Numbered from the stretch's first letter, positions 1 through 9,514 are shown. The stretch: DNA of 64,000 nucleotides from an uncultured Gammaproteobacteria bacterium (GCA_964643435.1 CAZXPY010000001.1:74802-138801), one strand, 5' to 3'. The notes: a model not told the origin generated them from the letters alone. Translations and numbers: made by a program.

Positions 1-1
1 T

Positions 2-1369
2 GGTTTAGAAGTAATTTCGTTTCTTGCGAAGAGAGGAATAAAAATAAACACCACGGTTATGATGAGCAGCGCCCAAGCAATTTTAGCCGCCAAAGCAGGA
101 TCTAACTATGTTAGTCTTTTTTTCCGAAGGATTTTGGACGGTGGTGGCGATCCAAGCAAGGAAATTAGAGAAACAAGGGCATTTTTAGATGCTGCAAAAT
201 TGAAAACGCAGATTATCTCTGGAAGTATTAGGGACGCTAGTGACGTTGTTGCTTCTTTCAGTGCTGGTGCTCATATTGTCACAATTCCTTACAAAGTATT
301 AATACAGTTGCCTTACCATAAAAAATCCGAGGAAACAATTAAAGAGTTTGATGAGAGTTGGCATAAATTCACGAAGTCCCCGGAAGTTATTACAGTTAGA
401 GTACCTCTGAGAATTACTTTAGGAGGCGGCGGTACGGATTTGCCATTTTATGCTTCCAAACATTCCGGGTTTTTAATTTCGGCGGCTATCGATAAATATA
501 TTCACGTTTCAATTAATCGCAGTTACACTGGCGCAAACGTTGTCAGGTATGAAGAAGAAATTGAGGCTGCCAAAAATAAAGAGGATTTAAACCACGCGAT
601 TGTTAGGGAAGCGCTGAAGCATTTTAAGGTTGCTGACCCAGTTAGTATTACGATAACTGCTGCTTTTCCAGCGGGGACCGGTATGGGTTCTTCAAGTGCA
701 GTGGTAGTTGGTTTGATTAAAGGTTTAAGTGAATTTACCGGCACTTATAATAATATCAATAAACAAAAAATTGCCGAGTTAGCGGCTCACATCGAGAGAG
801 ATATTTTAAAGGAAGAAGGGGGTAAACAAGACCAGTATATTACCGCTTACGGTGGGATTCAGGAAATGATTTTTGGTCAGGATGGTTCGGTCCAGATCCA
901 GGAAATACAATTAAGTGATGAAAACAAACTTAGACTGGAGAATAATTTGGTACTTTTCTTCTTAGGAACAGCTAGAAGTTCTAGTGAAATTCAAAAAAAG
1001 GTTGCTGCTGCAGAAAATCTAGAAGAAAAAATTGAAAGTTTAAATTTTATAAAGGAATTGGGGTTTAGAGTCAGAAAAGCACTGCTAGGAGGAAATATTG
1101 ATGACATTGGTTTAACTTGGGATCTGCATTGGAAGGCGAAAAAGAAACTGGCAAGCTCTATTACCAATAAACAAGTCGATAATTTTTATAGACTTGCTAA
1201 AGGGAATGGAAGCTTGGGAGGTAAAATTGTTGGTGCTGGTGGGGGAGGGTTTTTAATTTTTTACACAAGGGAAAGAAACAGGTTAATTAGACGTTTAGAA
1301 AAGGAGGGACTAAAATATATCCCGTTTCGCTTTTCTACGAGCGGGGTTTCAATAATTCATGAAGACTGA
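2..1369 (+). CDS. Fusion of transaldolase (C-terminal part; 5' end lies outside the window) and GHMP-family D-glycero-alpha-D-manno-heptose-7-phosphate kinase (HddA-like)
   Basis: Frame is open from position 2 (GLEVISFLAKRGIKINTTVMMSSAQAILAAKAGSNYVSLF...SGSIR...GAHIVTIP, TalC-type transaldolase). It continues without a stop into RVPLRITLGGGGTD, PAGTGMGSSSA, GKQDQY and GKIVGAGGGGF (HddA/GHMP motifs). Confidence 0.88.
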   Translation, partial: GLEVISFLAKRGIKINTTVMMSSAQAILAAKAGSNYVSLFFRRILDGGGDPSKEIRETRAFLDAAKLKTQIISGSIRDASDVVASFSAGAHIVTIPYKVLIQLPYHKKSEETIKEFDESWHKFTKSPEVITVRVPLRITLGGGGTDLPFYASKHSGFLISAAIDKYIHVSINRSYTGANVVRYEEEIEAAKNKEDLNHAIVREALKHFKVADPVSITITAAFPAGTGMGSSSAVVVGLIKGLSEFTGTYNNINKQKIAELAAHIERDILKEEGGKQDQYITAYGGIQEMIFGQDGSVQIQEIQLSDENKLRLENNLVLFFLGTARSSSEIQKKVAAAENLEEKIESLNFIKELGFRVRKALLGGNIDDIGLTWDLHWKAKKKLASSITNKQVDNFYRLAKGNGSLGGKIVGAGGGGFLIFYTRERNRLIRRLEKEGLKYIPFRFSTSGVSIIHED

Positions 1370-1991
1370 CAAAAAGAATTCGCAAATTGATTTTGGAAGT
1401 TATTTATCCAGTTATTTATTAGAAACGATTCGTGTTAGTAAGAACATTGATAAAGTGGCTGTTGGTAAAATTTTAGACGCCCTTTTTAAAGCTTGGAGGG
1501 AAGAAAAAAACGTTTTCCTAGCTGGGAATGGTGGTAGTGCCACAATTGCCATGCATTTTACCACTGACCTTGGGAAGGGTACCTATTCCGATGGAAAACC
1601 AAGGTTACATACCTTTTGCCTTTCCGAAAATCCTGATCTTATTTCCGCTTTGGTAAACGACAATGGTTGGGATAATCTTTATATCGATCAACTAAGAGGT
1701 CTTATAAAAAAGGGTGATGTATTTATTGCTTTTAGTGTCCATGGTGGTGCTGGTGAGGACAAGGCCGGTATGTGGTCACAAAACTTGTTGAGGGCAATGG
1801 ATTATGCCAAAAAAATTGGCGCGGCTACCGTTGGTTTTAGTGGTTTTGACGGTGGGCCAATGAAAGACCTAGCCGATATTTGTTTAGTGGTTCCAGCTAA
1901 AAATACAGGCCATGTTCAAGATTTTCACTTTGCAATCATGCACGTGGTTTCTGATTTATTGGGTAAAAAAATCGCCTCTTTTAAGAGATGA
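1359..1991 (+). CDS. gmhA: Sedoheptulose-7-phosphate isomerase (SIS domain)
   Basis: AGNGGSA..AMHF, ALVND.G, GFSGFDGG.M and VQDFH motifs; lies between hddA and hddC. Confidence 0.8.
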   Translation: MKTDKKNSQIDFGSYLSSYLLETIRVSKNIDKVAVGKILDALFKAWREEKNVFLAGNGGSATIAMHFTTDLGKGTYSDGKPRLHTFCLSENPDLISALVNDNGWDNLYIDQLRGLIKKGDVFIAFSVHGGAGEDKAGMWSQNLLRAMDYAKKIGAATVGFSGFDGGPMKDLADICLVVPAKNTGHVQDFHFAIMHVVSDLLGKKIASFKR

Positions 1992-2701
1992 TTGCGGTAA
2001 TTTTTGCTGGTGGTTTAGGTATCAGACTTCGACCCCTAACCCAAGTAACTCCAAAACCACTAATCCCTATTAAAAATAAACCCTTTTTGTGGTACCAGAT
2101 AAAATTGCTTTCTTCTTTTGGCGTAAAAAAATTTATTATTCTAACCGGTTATTTATCGAATCTGATCGAAGATTATTTTGAAGACGGTACAAAATTAGGA
2201 GTTGAGATTATTTATTCAAGAGAAAATTCCCCCCTCGGTACTGGCAGAGCGTTAAAATTGGCCTCACCCTTAATAAAAGAAAATTTCCTCCTTTTAAACG
2301 GAGACGATATTCCCATAATCGACTACGCTCTTTTTTTTGCAATTGTTAAAAGTGGTCAATTCCCGAATATAATAACCGTTCATAAAGGGGGAAAAAGAGG
2401 AAATTTAAAAGTTGATAAAAGAACTGGTTACGTGCTCTTCTATTCAAAGGTGAGAAACGAGAGTTTTAATTATGTCCACAGCGGTTTGTCGTTTTTTAAT
2501 AAAGATGTTCTAGATCTTTTACCAAAGGGTAGATATGATGTTGAGGAAGAATTATTTAATAAACTAGCTAAAAAGAAAAAATTAGTCTATTTTGAAGCTT
2601 TGGGTAGAACTTTATCTATCGGTACCTACCCACGCTTACGTCGAAGCCGTTTCTTGCTAGAACGCTTCATTATTAGTTATATTGATAATAAAGAAATTTA
2701 A
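1988..2701 (+). CDS. hddC: Sugar-phosphate nucleotidyltransferase, HddC-like (heptose-1-P guanylyltransferase)
   Basis: AGGLGIRLRPLT..TPKPL, E.SPLGTG and LLNGD motifs; heptose operon context. Confidence 0.7.
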   Translation: MIAVIFAGGLGIRLRPLTQVTPKPLIPIKNKPFLWYQIKLLSSFGVKKFIILTGYLSNLIEDYFEDGTKLGVEIIYSRENSPLGTGRALKLASPLIKENFLLLNGDDIPIIDYALFFAIVKSGQFPNIITVHKGGKRGNLKVDKRTGYVLFYSKVRNESFNYVHSGLSFFNKDVLDLLPKGRYDVEEELFNKLAKKKKLVYFEALGRTLSIGTYPRLRRSRFLLERFIISYIDNKEI

Positions 2702-3414
2702 TGACTAAAATTGCAGTTGTTTTACCTACTTATAATGAAAAAGAGAATATCCAAAAAATTATTCCCCAAATTCTTTCCCAAAATAAAGATATATCAATAA
2801 TCGCCGTTGATGACAATAGTCCAGACGGTACGGGAAAAATACTGGATAACCTAGGTAAAAAATATAATGGTAGGGTGAAAACCCTGCATCGAAATAAAAG
2901 GGGAGTTGGTAGCGCAGTTAGGGATGGCCTAAAAGAAGCGTTAAGATTAAAGGCAGATTACGTAGTTCAGATGGATGCCGATTTTTCTCATCATCCAAAT
3001 TATCTCCCCTCTCTAATTAAGGGAATAAATAATGGGGTTGATGTTACGATTGGGTCTCGGTATGCAAAAGGAGGGGACATTATGAGTAGAAGTACCTTGC
3101 GTAATTTTATTTCAATGGCGGCAAATTTTTACAACCGTAGTTTACTTGGAGTTTGGGAAGTAAAAGATAGTGCTGGTGGTTTTAAATGCTCAAAGAGAGC
3201 TGTTTTGGAAGCAATAAATTTAGATACTTTTTTATCGAATGGCTATAGTATTGGGATCGAGCAGCTTTATCGAATTCACAGAAAAGGATTCAAAATGAAG
3301 GAAGTGCCGATTATTTTTAACGATCGAAATGCGGGTAATTCTAAAATGGATCTAAGGGAAATTTTAAAATATATAATTACTGTTTTAAGAATAAAGTTTA
3401 GTGGTTTTAAATGA
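2701..3414 (+). CDS. Polyprenol-phosphate glycosyl synthase (GT2, DPM1/Ppm1-like)
   Basis: PTYNEKENI, DDNSPDGT, QMDADFSH, GSRY, EVPIIF.DR..G.SKM. Confidence 0.88.
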   Translation: MTKIAVVLPTYNEKENIQKIIPQILSQNKDISIIAVDDNSPDGTGKILDNLGKKYNGRVKTLHRNKRGVGSAVRDGLKEALRLKADYVVQMDADFSHHPNYLPSLIKGINNGVDVTIGSRYAKGGDIMSRSTLRNFISMAANFYNRSLLGVWEVKDSAGGFKCSKRAVLEAINLDTFLSNGYSIGIEQLYRIHRKGFKMKEVPIIFNDRNAGNSKMDLREILKYIITVLRIKFSGFK

Positions 3415-4061
3415 ACGCAATTCCTAATTATGTAAAAATTAAAGGAACTTTTTACGATGAACTGACTGATCCAAAAAAAGTTGGGATATTTAGATCTTGG
3501 TTGCATAATGCCCGCTACGAAAGGCTAAGAGAGAGCGTAAAAAAATATTACAAAAAAGGCGACGTGGTTTTGGATTTAGCTTGTGGCGGTTGTAATTGGA
3601 ACAGGGATAAAATTCCGGTTGTCGGCGTCGATATTAACGAAAACTTGCTAAACTTCGGGCTAAAAAACGGTCGCTTAAGCAGAAAAATTGTCGCCGATAT
3701 TTACCGGATTCCTTTAAAAAGTAACTTTGCGGATATTGTAATAATGAGTGAAATTTTAGAACACGTTTCTGAAATAGATAAAGTATTAGCTGAAAGCAAG
3801 AGAATCTTAAAGGTAGACGGAAAATTAATTACGAGCGTTCCTTACGATTCTTTCCCCAGTCCTCATCTGGCGCTTTTCACGGTCCACTGCCTTATTAAAG
3901 GCTATATTTTTGGAGATCCTTATTATAAGAAATTTTGCGGTCATATTAATCGCTTTTCAATGAGGAAAATACGTTCTATTTTAGCCAATCATTTTAAAAT
4001 AATCGAACAATTCCCCGAGCATATGCTCCATATTTTTACCATTGCTGAAAAAATTACTTAA
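3411..4061 (+). CDS. Class I SAM-dependent methyltransferase
   Basis: VLDLACG, VGVDIN, SEILEHV, RILKVDG.LITSVP. Confidence 0.82.
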   Translation: MNAIPNYVKIKGTFYDELTDPKKVGIFRSWLHNARYERLRESVKKYYKKGDVVLDLACGGCNWNRDKIPVVGVDINENLLNFGLKNGRLSRKIVADIYRIPLKSNFADIVIMSEILEHVSEIDKVLAESKRILKVDGKLITSVPYDSFPSPHLALFTVHCLIKGYIFGDPYYKKFCGHINRFSMRKIRSILANHFKIIEQFPEHMLHIFTIAEKIT

Positions 4062-4878
4062 AATTCTCCTCCAACTTTTCTTTATCTGACTGGGTTAATT
4101 GCCAACCAACACTATCAGTAATCTCATCTATATGGGCTTTCGTGCTTGCCTTTGGAATTACAATTACTGGGAGTTTTTCGAGTAACCAGCGCAGCGCAAT
4201 TTGGGCAGGCGTTTTATTATATTTACTAGCTATTTTATCCAATATTGGAAAAAGACCTTTTTGGGTTAATCTACCGCTTGCTAGAGGTGTGTAAGCGGTC
4301 AGAATAATTTTTTCTTTTTCGCAATAAGTAAGAAGCTCTTTTTCCGGGTCGCGGTGAAGAAGACTATATTCAACTTGATTTGTGACAATTTTATTCTTAG
4401 TATAACTTTGGGCATTAGAGAGCTGACGGGCCGAAAAATTAGAAACGCCAATAAAACGGATTAAACCTTGGGAGACTAAAGTATCAAAAGCCGCCATTGC
4501 ATTTTTCATTGAAGCAAAAGGGTTGTACCAATGAATTAAATAAAGATCAATAAATTTTAAGTTTAATCTTTTTAAGCTGTTTCCACAAGATCTAAGAATC
4601 CCCTCGTAACTAAGATGGTGGGGGGATACTTTGGTGGTAATAAAAATTTTTTTTCGATCAAAAAGTTTAACAGCTTCTCCAACTAACTCTTCTGAATGCC
4701 CTGCCCCGTAGATTTCGGCGGTATCAATATGAGTAATTCCCAGGCTAATGGCGTATTGAATAGCCTTAATATAATCTTCGTCACGTGAACGATTGGTATT
4801 TAAAGAGCCGCCCATCCTCCAGGTTCCTAAACCCAGAACCGGTATTTTAATATTACCCGTTAATACTTTAAATTCCAC
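4054..4878 (-). CDS. Aldo/keto reductase
   Basis: LGLGTW, IDTAEIYG, ITTKV, DLYLIHW, IGVSNFS, NQVEYS, IPKAS. Confidence 0.93.
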   Translation of the reverse strand: MEFKVLTGNIKIPVLGLGTWRMGGSLNTNRSRDEDYIKAIQYAISLGITHIDTAEIYGAGHSEELVGEAVKLFDRKKIFITTKVSPHHLSYEGILRSCGNSLKRLNLKFIDLYLIHWYNPFASMKNAMAAFDTLVSQGLIRFIGVSNFSARQLSNAQSYTKNKIVTNQVEYSLLHRDPEKELLTYCEKEKIILTAYTPLASGRLTQKGLFPILDKIASKYNKTPAQIALRWLLEKLPVIVIPKASTKAHIDEITDSVGWQLTQSDKEKLEENFK

Positions 4879-4932
4879 TTTTTAATTATTCTAACATTAA
4901 GTAAAAATTCCGAAATTAGATTTCTGACCTTG

Positions 4933-4962
4933 TTGACAATGATGTTCTCTTTACCGTATAAT
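4933..4962 (+). promoter_or_regulatory. Consensus sigma70-type promoter TTGACA-N18-TATAAT
   Basis: TTGACA at 4933-4938 and TATAAT at 4957-4962, in the divergent gap; in-frame ATG at 4973. Confidence 0.75.
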
Positions 4963-4966
4963 TTAA

Positions 4967-5572
4967 TTGATAATGATAAAAACTGCCAAACCAATTGTTT
5001 TTTCAGTTATTCTACTACTCTCTTTACTTGTCTTTGCTTCTCTTGCCTTCGCAATTAGCCCTAAAGCGGCAAACTCTCAAGCTCAAAAGAGCGCCACCAG
5101 ATCAGCTATAGGCAAAGAAAAATTAACCGAAGCAAGACTGCGAGTTTGTCAAAAAATCGAAACCGCTGTCCAGAAGCGTTCCGCAAGAATAGCATCTAGG
5201 GCCACTAATATGGAAAAGGTTTTCGATTCCATTGCGGCTAGGGTGGAGATTTACTATACGGATAAGTTAGTACCAAAGGGGAAAACAGTAGCGAATTACG
5301 ATTCTTTAGTTGGTGCTATTGAAGCGAAGAAAGAAGCAGTTGGAGCAGCTGTTGGCGTTGCCCAAGCAGACGCTGCAAGTTTCAACTGCAGTGGAGAAGA
5401 TCCAAAGGGACAGATAGGAGCGTTCCGAACCGATATGCAAACTGTTATTAAAGCCTTGAAAGAATACCGCACCTCGATTAAAAATTTAATTGTAGCGGTG
5501 CGTTCAGTAACGGGGGCAGAAAATAGAAACACTCCTAACTCTGCGACTGAAAGCAATGAGGTGAACCAATAA
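4967..5572 (+). CDS. Hypothetical exported alpha-helical protein (likely start ATG 4973)
   Basis: Signal-peptide-like N terminus ending in AFA; Ala/Lys-rich helical body with two Cys; no recognisable enzyme motif. Confidence 0.7.
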   Translation: MIMIKTAKPIVFSVILLLSLLVFASLAFAISPKAANSQAQKSATRSAIGKEKLTEARLRVCQKIETAVQKRSARIASRATNMEKVFDSIAARVEIYYTDKLVPKGKTVANYDSLVGAIEAKKEAVGAAVGVAQADAASFNCSGEDPKGQIGAFRTDMQTVIKALKEYRTSIKNLIVAVRSVTGAENRNTPNSATESNEVNQ

Positions 5573-5871
5573 TGGATTCGAACGCAACACCAACAGCTCC
5601 AGTAATGGAGCCAAAGAAAGATAAAAAAACTGTCTACACTGTAATTAGTGCTGTGGTAGTGTTACTGGTTCTTGTAATTGCAATCTGGTACGCTTCGGCA
5701 ACTAAACAACCTACGTATCAGCAACCTACCTATCAACCACCAACTACAGTAGATAACAGCCTTAAAAATGATTCAGATTTAACCTCAGCCGAAAAGAGTT
5801 TAGACTCATCAGACATTGATGGTCTAGGGACAGAATTAGACCAAAATGACGCTGACGCCTCTCAATTCTAA
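5572..5871 (+). CDS. Small single-pass membrane protein with Pro/Thr/Gln-rich linker and acidic tail
   Basis: SD-like GAGGTG upstream; basic patch, one TM segment, then QPTYQQPTYQPPTT. Confidence 0.7.
   Translation: MDSNATPTAPVMEPKKDKKTVYTVISAVVVLLVLVIAIWYASATKQPTYQQPTYQPPTTVDNSLKNDSDLTSAEKSLDSSDIDGLGTELDQNDADASQF
5707..5736 (+). repeat. Imperfect 15-bp tandem repeat, 2 copies, encoding QPTYQ
   Basis: CAACCTACGTATCAG followed by CAACCTACCTATCAA. Confidence 0.75.
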
Positions 5872-5961
5872 ATCCTAAGAAAAGTAATAACCCTTTCTAG
5901 CGATCAGAGCCACGATTTTTTCCTCGAAAAACGCTCATTAGTTTGTTAGAATTTAATCTGT

Positions 5962-6585
5962 ATGACGTGGAGAGGCTTATCTAAAGATTTTTTCGTTTGT
6001 ACTGCTTCGGGACTTTTTATAGGGGCAGTTGTTTTTGATATCTTTCCAGAAGTCTCAGACGAATTGGGTCAAACAAAAGCCTTCGTTTTTATCTTAATTG
6101 GTTTATTAATTTGGCATCTTTTAAAACTTTTCACTGATTATTTATCTAAAAATAGTTTGGCTATCGTTTCTGTCTTGGCTTTTTGGTTTCACTCTTTTTT
6201 GGAAGGAGCGGTGACTGCCTTAAGTTTCTCCTTTAGTATTGGAACGGGATTGGCGGTGGCAACAGGGATGATACTTCACCTTGTGCCTGAATTCTTTGCG
6301 ATTGTTGCCTTAATGCAAGGAGAAGGGGTTTCCCTCAAAAAGTCTGTTTTAGTAGATTTTGGCGGGATAATTACCCTATTAATAAGTTTTACAATTGTGT
6401 ATTTTCTTTTAAAGGAAATAAATGAGAGTGTTCTAGGTATTTTAATAGCAGTGAGTGGTGGGGCTTTTCTGTACATCGGGGTTGTTTCCTTTCTAAAGCG
6501 GGCCAAAAATTCTTGGAATATTTGGGGTCTCTTAACCGGGCTGTTAATAATCGGAATTTGGAATATCTTTTTCAGAGGTGTATAA
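5962..6585 (+). CDS. Short ZIP-family divalent metal transporter
   Basis: FHSFLEG and LHLVPE metal-binding helices; SGGAFLYIG motif; hydrophobic throughout. Confidence 0.75.
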   Translation: MTWRGLSKDFFVCTASGLFIGAVVFDIFPEVSDELGQTKAFVFILIGLLIWHLLKLFTDYLSKNSLAIVSVLAFWFHSFLEGAVTALSFSFSIGTGLAVATGMILHLVPEFFAIVALMQGEGVSLKKSVLVDFGGIITLLISFTIVYFLLKEINESVLGILIAVSGGAFLYIGVVSFLKRAKNSWNIWGLLTGLLIIGIWNIFFRGV

Positions 6586-6641
6586 GGAAGTCCTGAGGTA
6601 AGGTAAAGACTTCCCACGGAGGTGATAAGTACTGAAACCTC
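6586..6641. terminator. Two short hairpins between convergent ZIP and secA genes (possible terminator)
   Basis: GGAAGTC (6586-6592) pairs with GACTTCC (6608-6614); GAGGT (6619-6623) pairs with ACCTC (6637-6641). No clear U-tract. Confidence 0.3.
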
Positions 6642-9310
6642 TATCCTTTATGTTGGGGAGAGTTGATTAGACCACATTTTTTCCACTTGAGGCCGCTGCC
6701 GCAGGGGCAAGGGTCGTTGCGACCAATTTTTTGTTTACTGGAGAACGTTGGGTTCCCACTCGAAGGAGCGTTTATTGGTTTTGCCTCTTGAGACTGGGGT
6801 TGAACGGAAACTTTAAATATCCTTCTTGTTACTTCAAAATCAATTGAGTCAATAAGATTTTCAAATAATTTAAAAGCCTCCGCTTTATACTCAACCAGAG
6901 GATCTCTTTGACCATAGCCTCGCAGCCCAATTCCTTCCCGCAAGTCATCAATATCATCAAGATGATTCATCCATAAAGCGTCAATTGTTGATAAAAGAAC
7001 CAACTTTTCTATTTGCCGGCTGGCCTCGGCTCCAAGCTGTTTTTCTCTGGCTTCGTATAAATCAACGACAATTTTATTTAAAAGTTCAATTATTTTGTTT
7101 TGGTCTTTTAATTGGGAAATTTCAGTCTTTATTTGGTCTCGGCTTGCTTCATCAAAAGGAATAATTGTGGAAAATTCTTGAGCGATTTTTTCATAATTTA
7201 CTACACCGTCAGCTTGGTTTATGTAAACAATTGTTTCAATTTCCTCACGTAGCTTCTCGTAAATACTTTCCTTCAGCGAAAAAGTTTCCTGATCAGCCCC
7301 TTGATCTAAATTTTTTTCCTCTCCATCCGCAGTTTGTTGCCTAGATTTACCCTCTAGAATTTCTCTTCTCATCCCATAAATTATCTCTCGCTGTTTATTC
7401 ATTACGTCATCATATTCAACTAAGTGTTTGCGGATGTCAAAGTTATGACCCTCAACTTTATTTTGAGCATTTTCAATTGCTTTTGAAACAAGAGCATTTT
7501 CAATTGGTATATCTTCAGGAATCTTAAGAGCCGTCATCAGATTAGCCACGGTTTCTCCGCCAAAAAGGCGCATAATGTCGTCTTGCAAAGAAACGTAAAA
7601 TCTTGAAGAACCAGGATCCCCTTGCCGACCGCTTCGTCCTCGGAGCTGATTATCAATTCTTCTTGCCTCATGCCTCTCGGTTCCAGTAATGTGCAAACCT
7701 CCAACAGCGACCACCCCATCACCTAGTTTAATATCAACTCCACGGCCGGCAATATTGGTAGCTAACGTTACCGAGCCTTTTTGGCCCGCCTTGGCAATTA
7801 TTTGGGCCTCTCGTTCGTGGTTTTTGGCATTTAAAATTTCATGAGTTATGCCTTTTCTCTTGAGAAGTTCTCCTAGAAGTTCGTTTTTTTCAATTGAAGT
7901 GGTTCCGATAAGAAGCGGCTGACCTTTTTTATTAAGGGTCTCAATTTCCTTAACGATTGCCTCGTATTTTGCCCTCTCAGTTTTATAGACGCTGTCAGGA
8001 TAATCTTTTCTAATCATTGGTTTGTTTGTAGGAACAGCAATTACTTCTAGCTTATATATCTTGTGAAATTCTTCCGCTTCAGTAGCCGCAGTTCCAGTCA
8101 TACCCGCTAATCTTTTGTAGAGTCTGAAATAGTTTTGGAAAGAAATTGTCGCTAGTGTCCGTGTTTCTTGCTGAATTTTTACTCCTTCTTTTGCCTCTAT
8201 CGCCTGGTGTAAGCCTTCACTATAGCGTCGCCCAAACATTAATCTTCCGGTGAACTCATCAACAATAATTACTTCGCTATTCTTTACAACGTAATCCCGG
8301 TCTTTTTTAAATAAGGTTTTTGCTTTCAGCGCTTCTTCAATATGATGAATAGTTTGAAAATCTTTTTCATACAAATTATCAACACCAAGCGCTCTTTCCA
8401 CTTTACTTATCCCAATTTCGGTTAAAGCGGCAGTTTTGAGTTTCTCATCAATAACGTAATCAACCTCATTATTTAGAGTCTCAACAAGTTTTGAAAATGT
8501 ATAATATTTTTCAGTGGGTTCTTGATCTGGGGCACTAATGATTAGTGGCGTTCTTGCCTCGTCAATAAGAATAGAATCAACCTCGTCAACAATCGCAAAA
8601 TGCAAATTTCTCTGAACCACTTGAGTCAAATCCCAGACCATATTGTCTCGTAGATAATCAAAACCATATTCGTTATTGGTGCCATAAGTAATATCAGCTC
8701 CGTACGCTTCGCGTCTTGCAACTTCCCTTAAAAACTTACCAACACCGAGCCCTTCCTCTTCTGGAGTCAATTCTGATTTATTTTCAGTTTCTAGTGGGGG
8801 TTTATTTTCTGGACTAGGGTCAAAAAGATACGATTTTTCGTGATTGATCACACCAACCGAAAGTCCTAAAAAATGATAAATAGGACCCATCCATTCAGCG
8901 TCGCGCCGCGCAAGGTAATCGTTTACAGTTACAAGGTGAACACCATCACCGCTTAGAGCGTTAAGGTAAAGAGGGAGAGTAGCAACGAGGGTTTTTCCTT
9001 CACCGGTTTTCATTTCGGCGATTTTTCCTTGGTGCAAGACAATTCCACCACCAATTTGAACGTCAAAATGCCGTTGCCCAATCGTTCTTAAAGATACTTC
9101 TCTTACCGTAGCAAAAGCTTCTGGAAGGAGGGTATCTAATGATTCACCTTTTTCTAACCTTTTTTTAAACTCAATAGTTTTCTCTTTTAGTTTTTCACGA
9201 GGAAGCTTTTTTATATCCTTTTCAAAATCGTTAGTTTGATCTATTAAAGGTTGAATCTTGTCTAATTCGCGTTCGTTTGAGTCGATTAGTTTTCCTAGAA
9301 ATTTAAACAT
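6641..9310 (-). CDS. secA: Preprotein translocase ATPase SecA
   Basis: AEMKTGEGKT, DEVDSILIDEARTPLIIS, QLRGRSGRQGDPG and a C-terminal GRNDPCPCGSG. Confidence 0.99.
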   Translation of the reverse strand: MFKFLGKLIDSNERELDKIQPLIDQTNDFEKDIKKLPREKLKEKTIEFKKRLEKGESLDTLLPEAFATVREVSLRTIGQRHFDVQIGGGIVLHQGKIAEMKTGEGKTLVATLPLYLNALSGDGVHLVTVNDYLARRDAEWMGPIYHFLGLSVGVINHEKSYLFDPSPENKPPLETENKSELTPEEEGLGVGKFLREVARREAYGADITYGTNNEYGFDYLRDNMVWDLTQVVQRNLHFAIVDEVDSILIDEARTPLIISAPDQEPTEKYYTFSKLVETLNNEVDYVIDEKLKTAALTEIGISKVERALGVDNLYEKDFQTIHHIEEALKAKTLFKKDRDYVVKNSEVIIVDEFTGRLMFGRRYSEGLHQAIEAKEGVKIQQETRTLATISFQNYFRLYKRLAGMTGTAATEAEEFHKIYKLEVIAVPTNKPMIRKDYPDSVYKTERAKYEAIVKEIETLNKKGQPLLIGTTSIEKNELLGELLKRKGITHEILNAKNHEREAQIIAKAGQKGSVTLATNIAGRGVDIKLGDGVVAVGGLHITGTERHEARRIDNQLRGRSGRQGDPGSSRFYVSLQDDIMRLFGGETVANLMTALKIPEDIPIENALVSKAIENAQNKVEGHNFDIRKHLVEYDDVMNKQREIIYGMRREILEGKSRQQTADGEEKNLDQGADQETFSLKESIYEKLREEIETIVYINQADGVVNYEKIAQEFSTIIPFDEASRDQIKTEISQLKDQNKIIELLNKIVVDLYEAREKQLGAEASRQIEKLVLLSTIDALWMNHLDDIDDLREGIGLRGYGQRDPLVEYKAEAFKLFENLIDSIDFEVTRRIFKVSVQPQSQEAKPINAPSSGNPTFSSKQKIGRNDPCPCGSGLKWKKCGLINSPQHKG

Positions 9311-9484
9311 AGCTTAATATTCTATCACGGTTGCGTAATAGCCACCACTAGTTTTTGAACCTGAATAATCTCCAATTATGGGGATTTTTGATAATGGGGG
9401 TTGACAAATACCTATCGTTATGTTTTTATAGCTTCCGTTACCCCAAACGCCAGTATTCTTCACATTATTAACCCCAATTCTATT

Positions 9485-9514
9485 TTGACAATAGGAAGGG
9501 TTTTAACGTATTCT
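9485..9514 (+). promoter_or_regulatory. Promoter TTGACA-N18-TATTCT, 6 nt before the GTG at 9521 (probably leaderless)
   Basis: TTGACA at 9485-9490 and TATTCT at 9509-9514. Confidence 0.6.

Noticed and set aside
6586-6641. Hammerhead-like look (CTGAGG...GAAAC between stems)
   Set aside because: The core is not CUGANGA and the stem topology does not fit; kept only as a weak terminator candidate.
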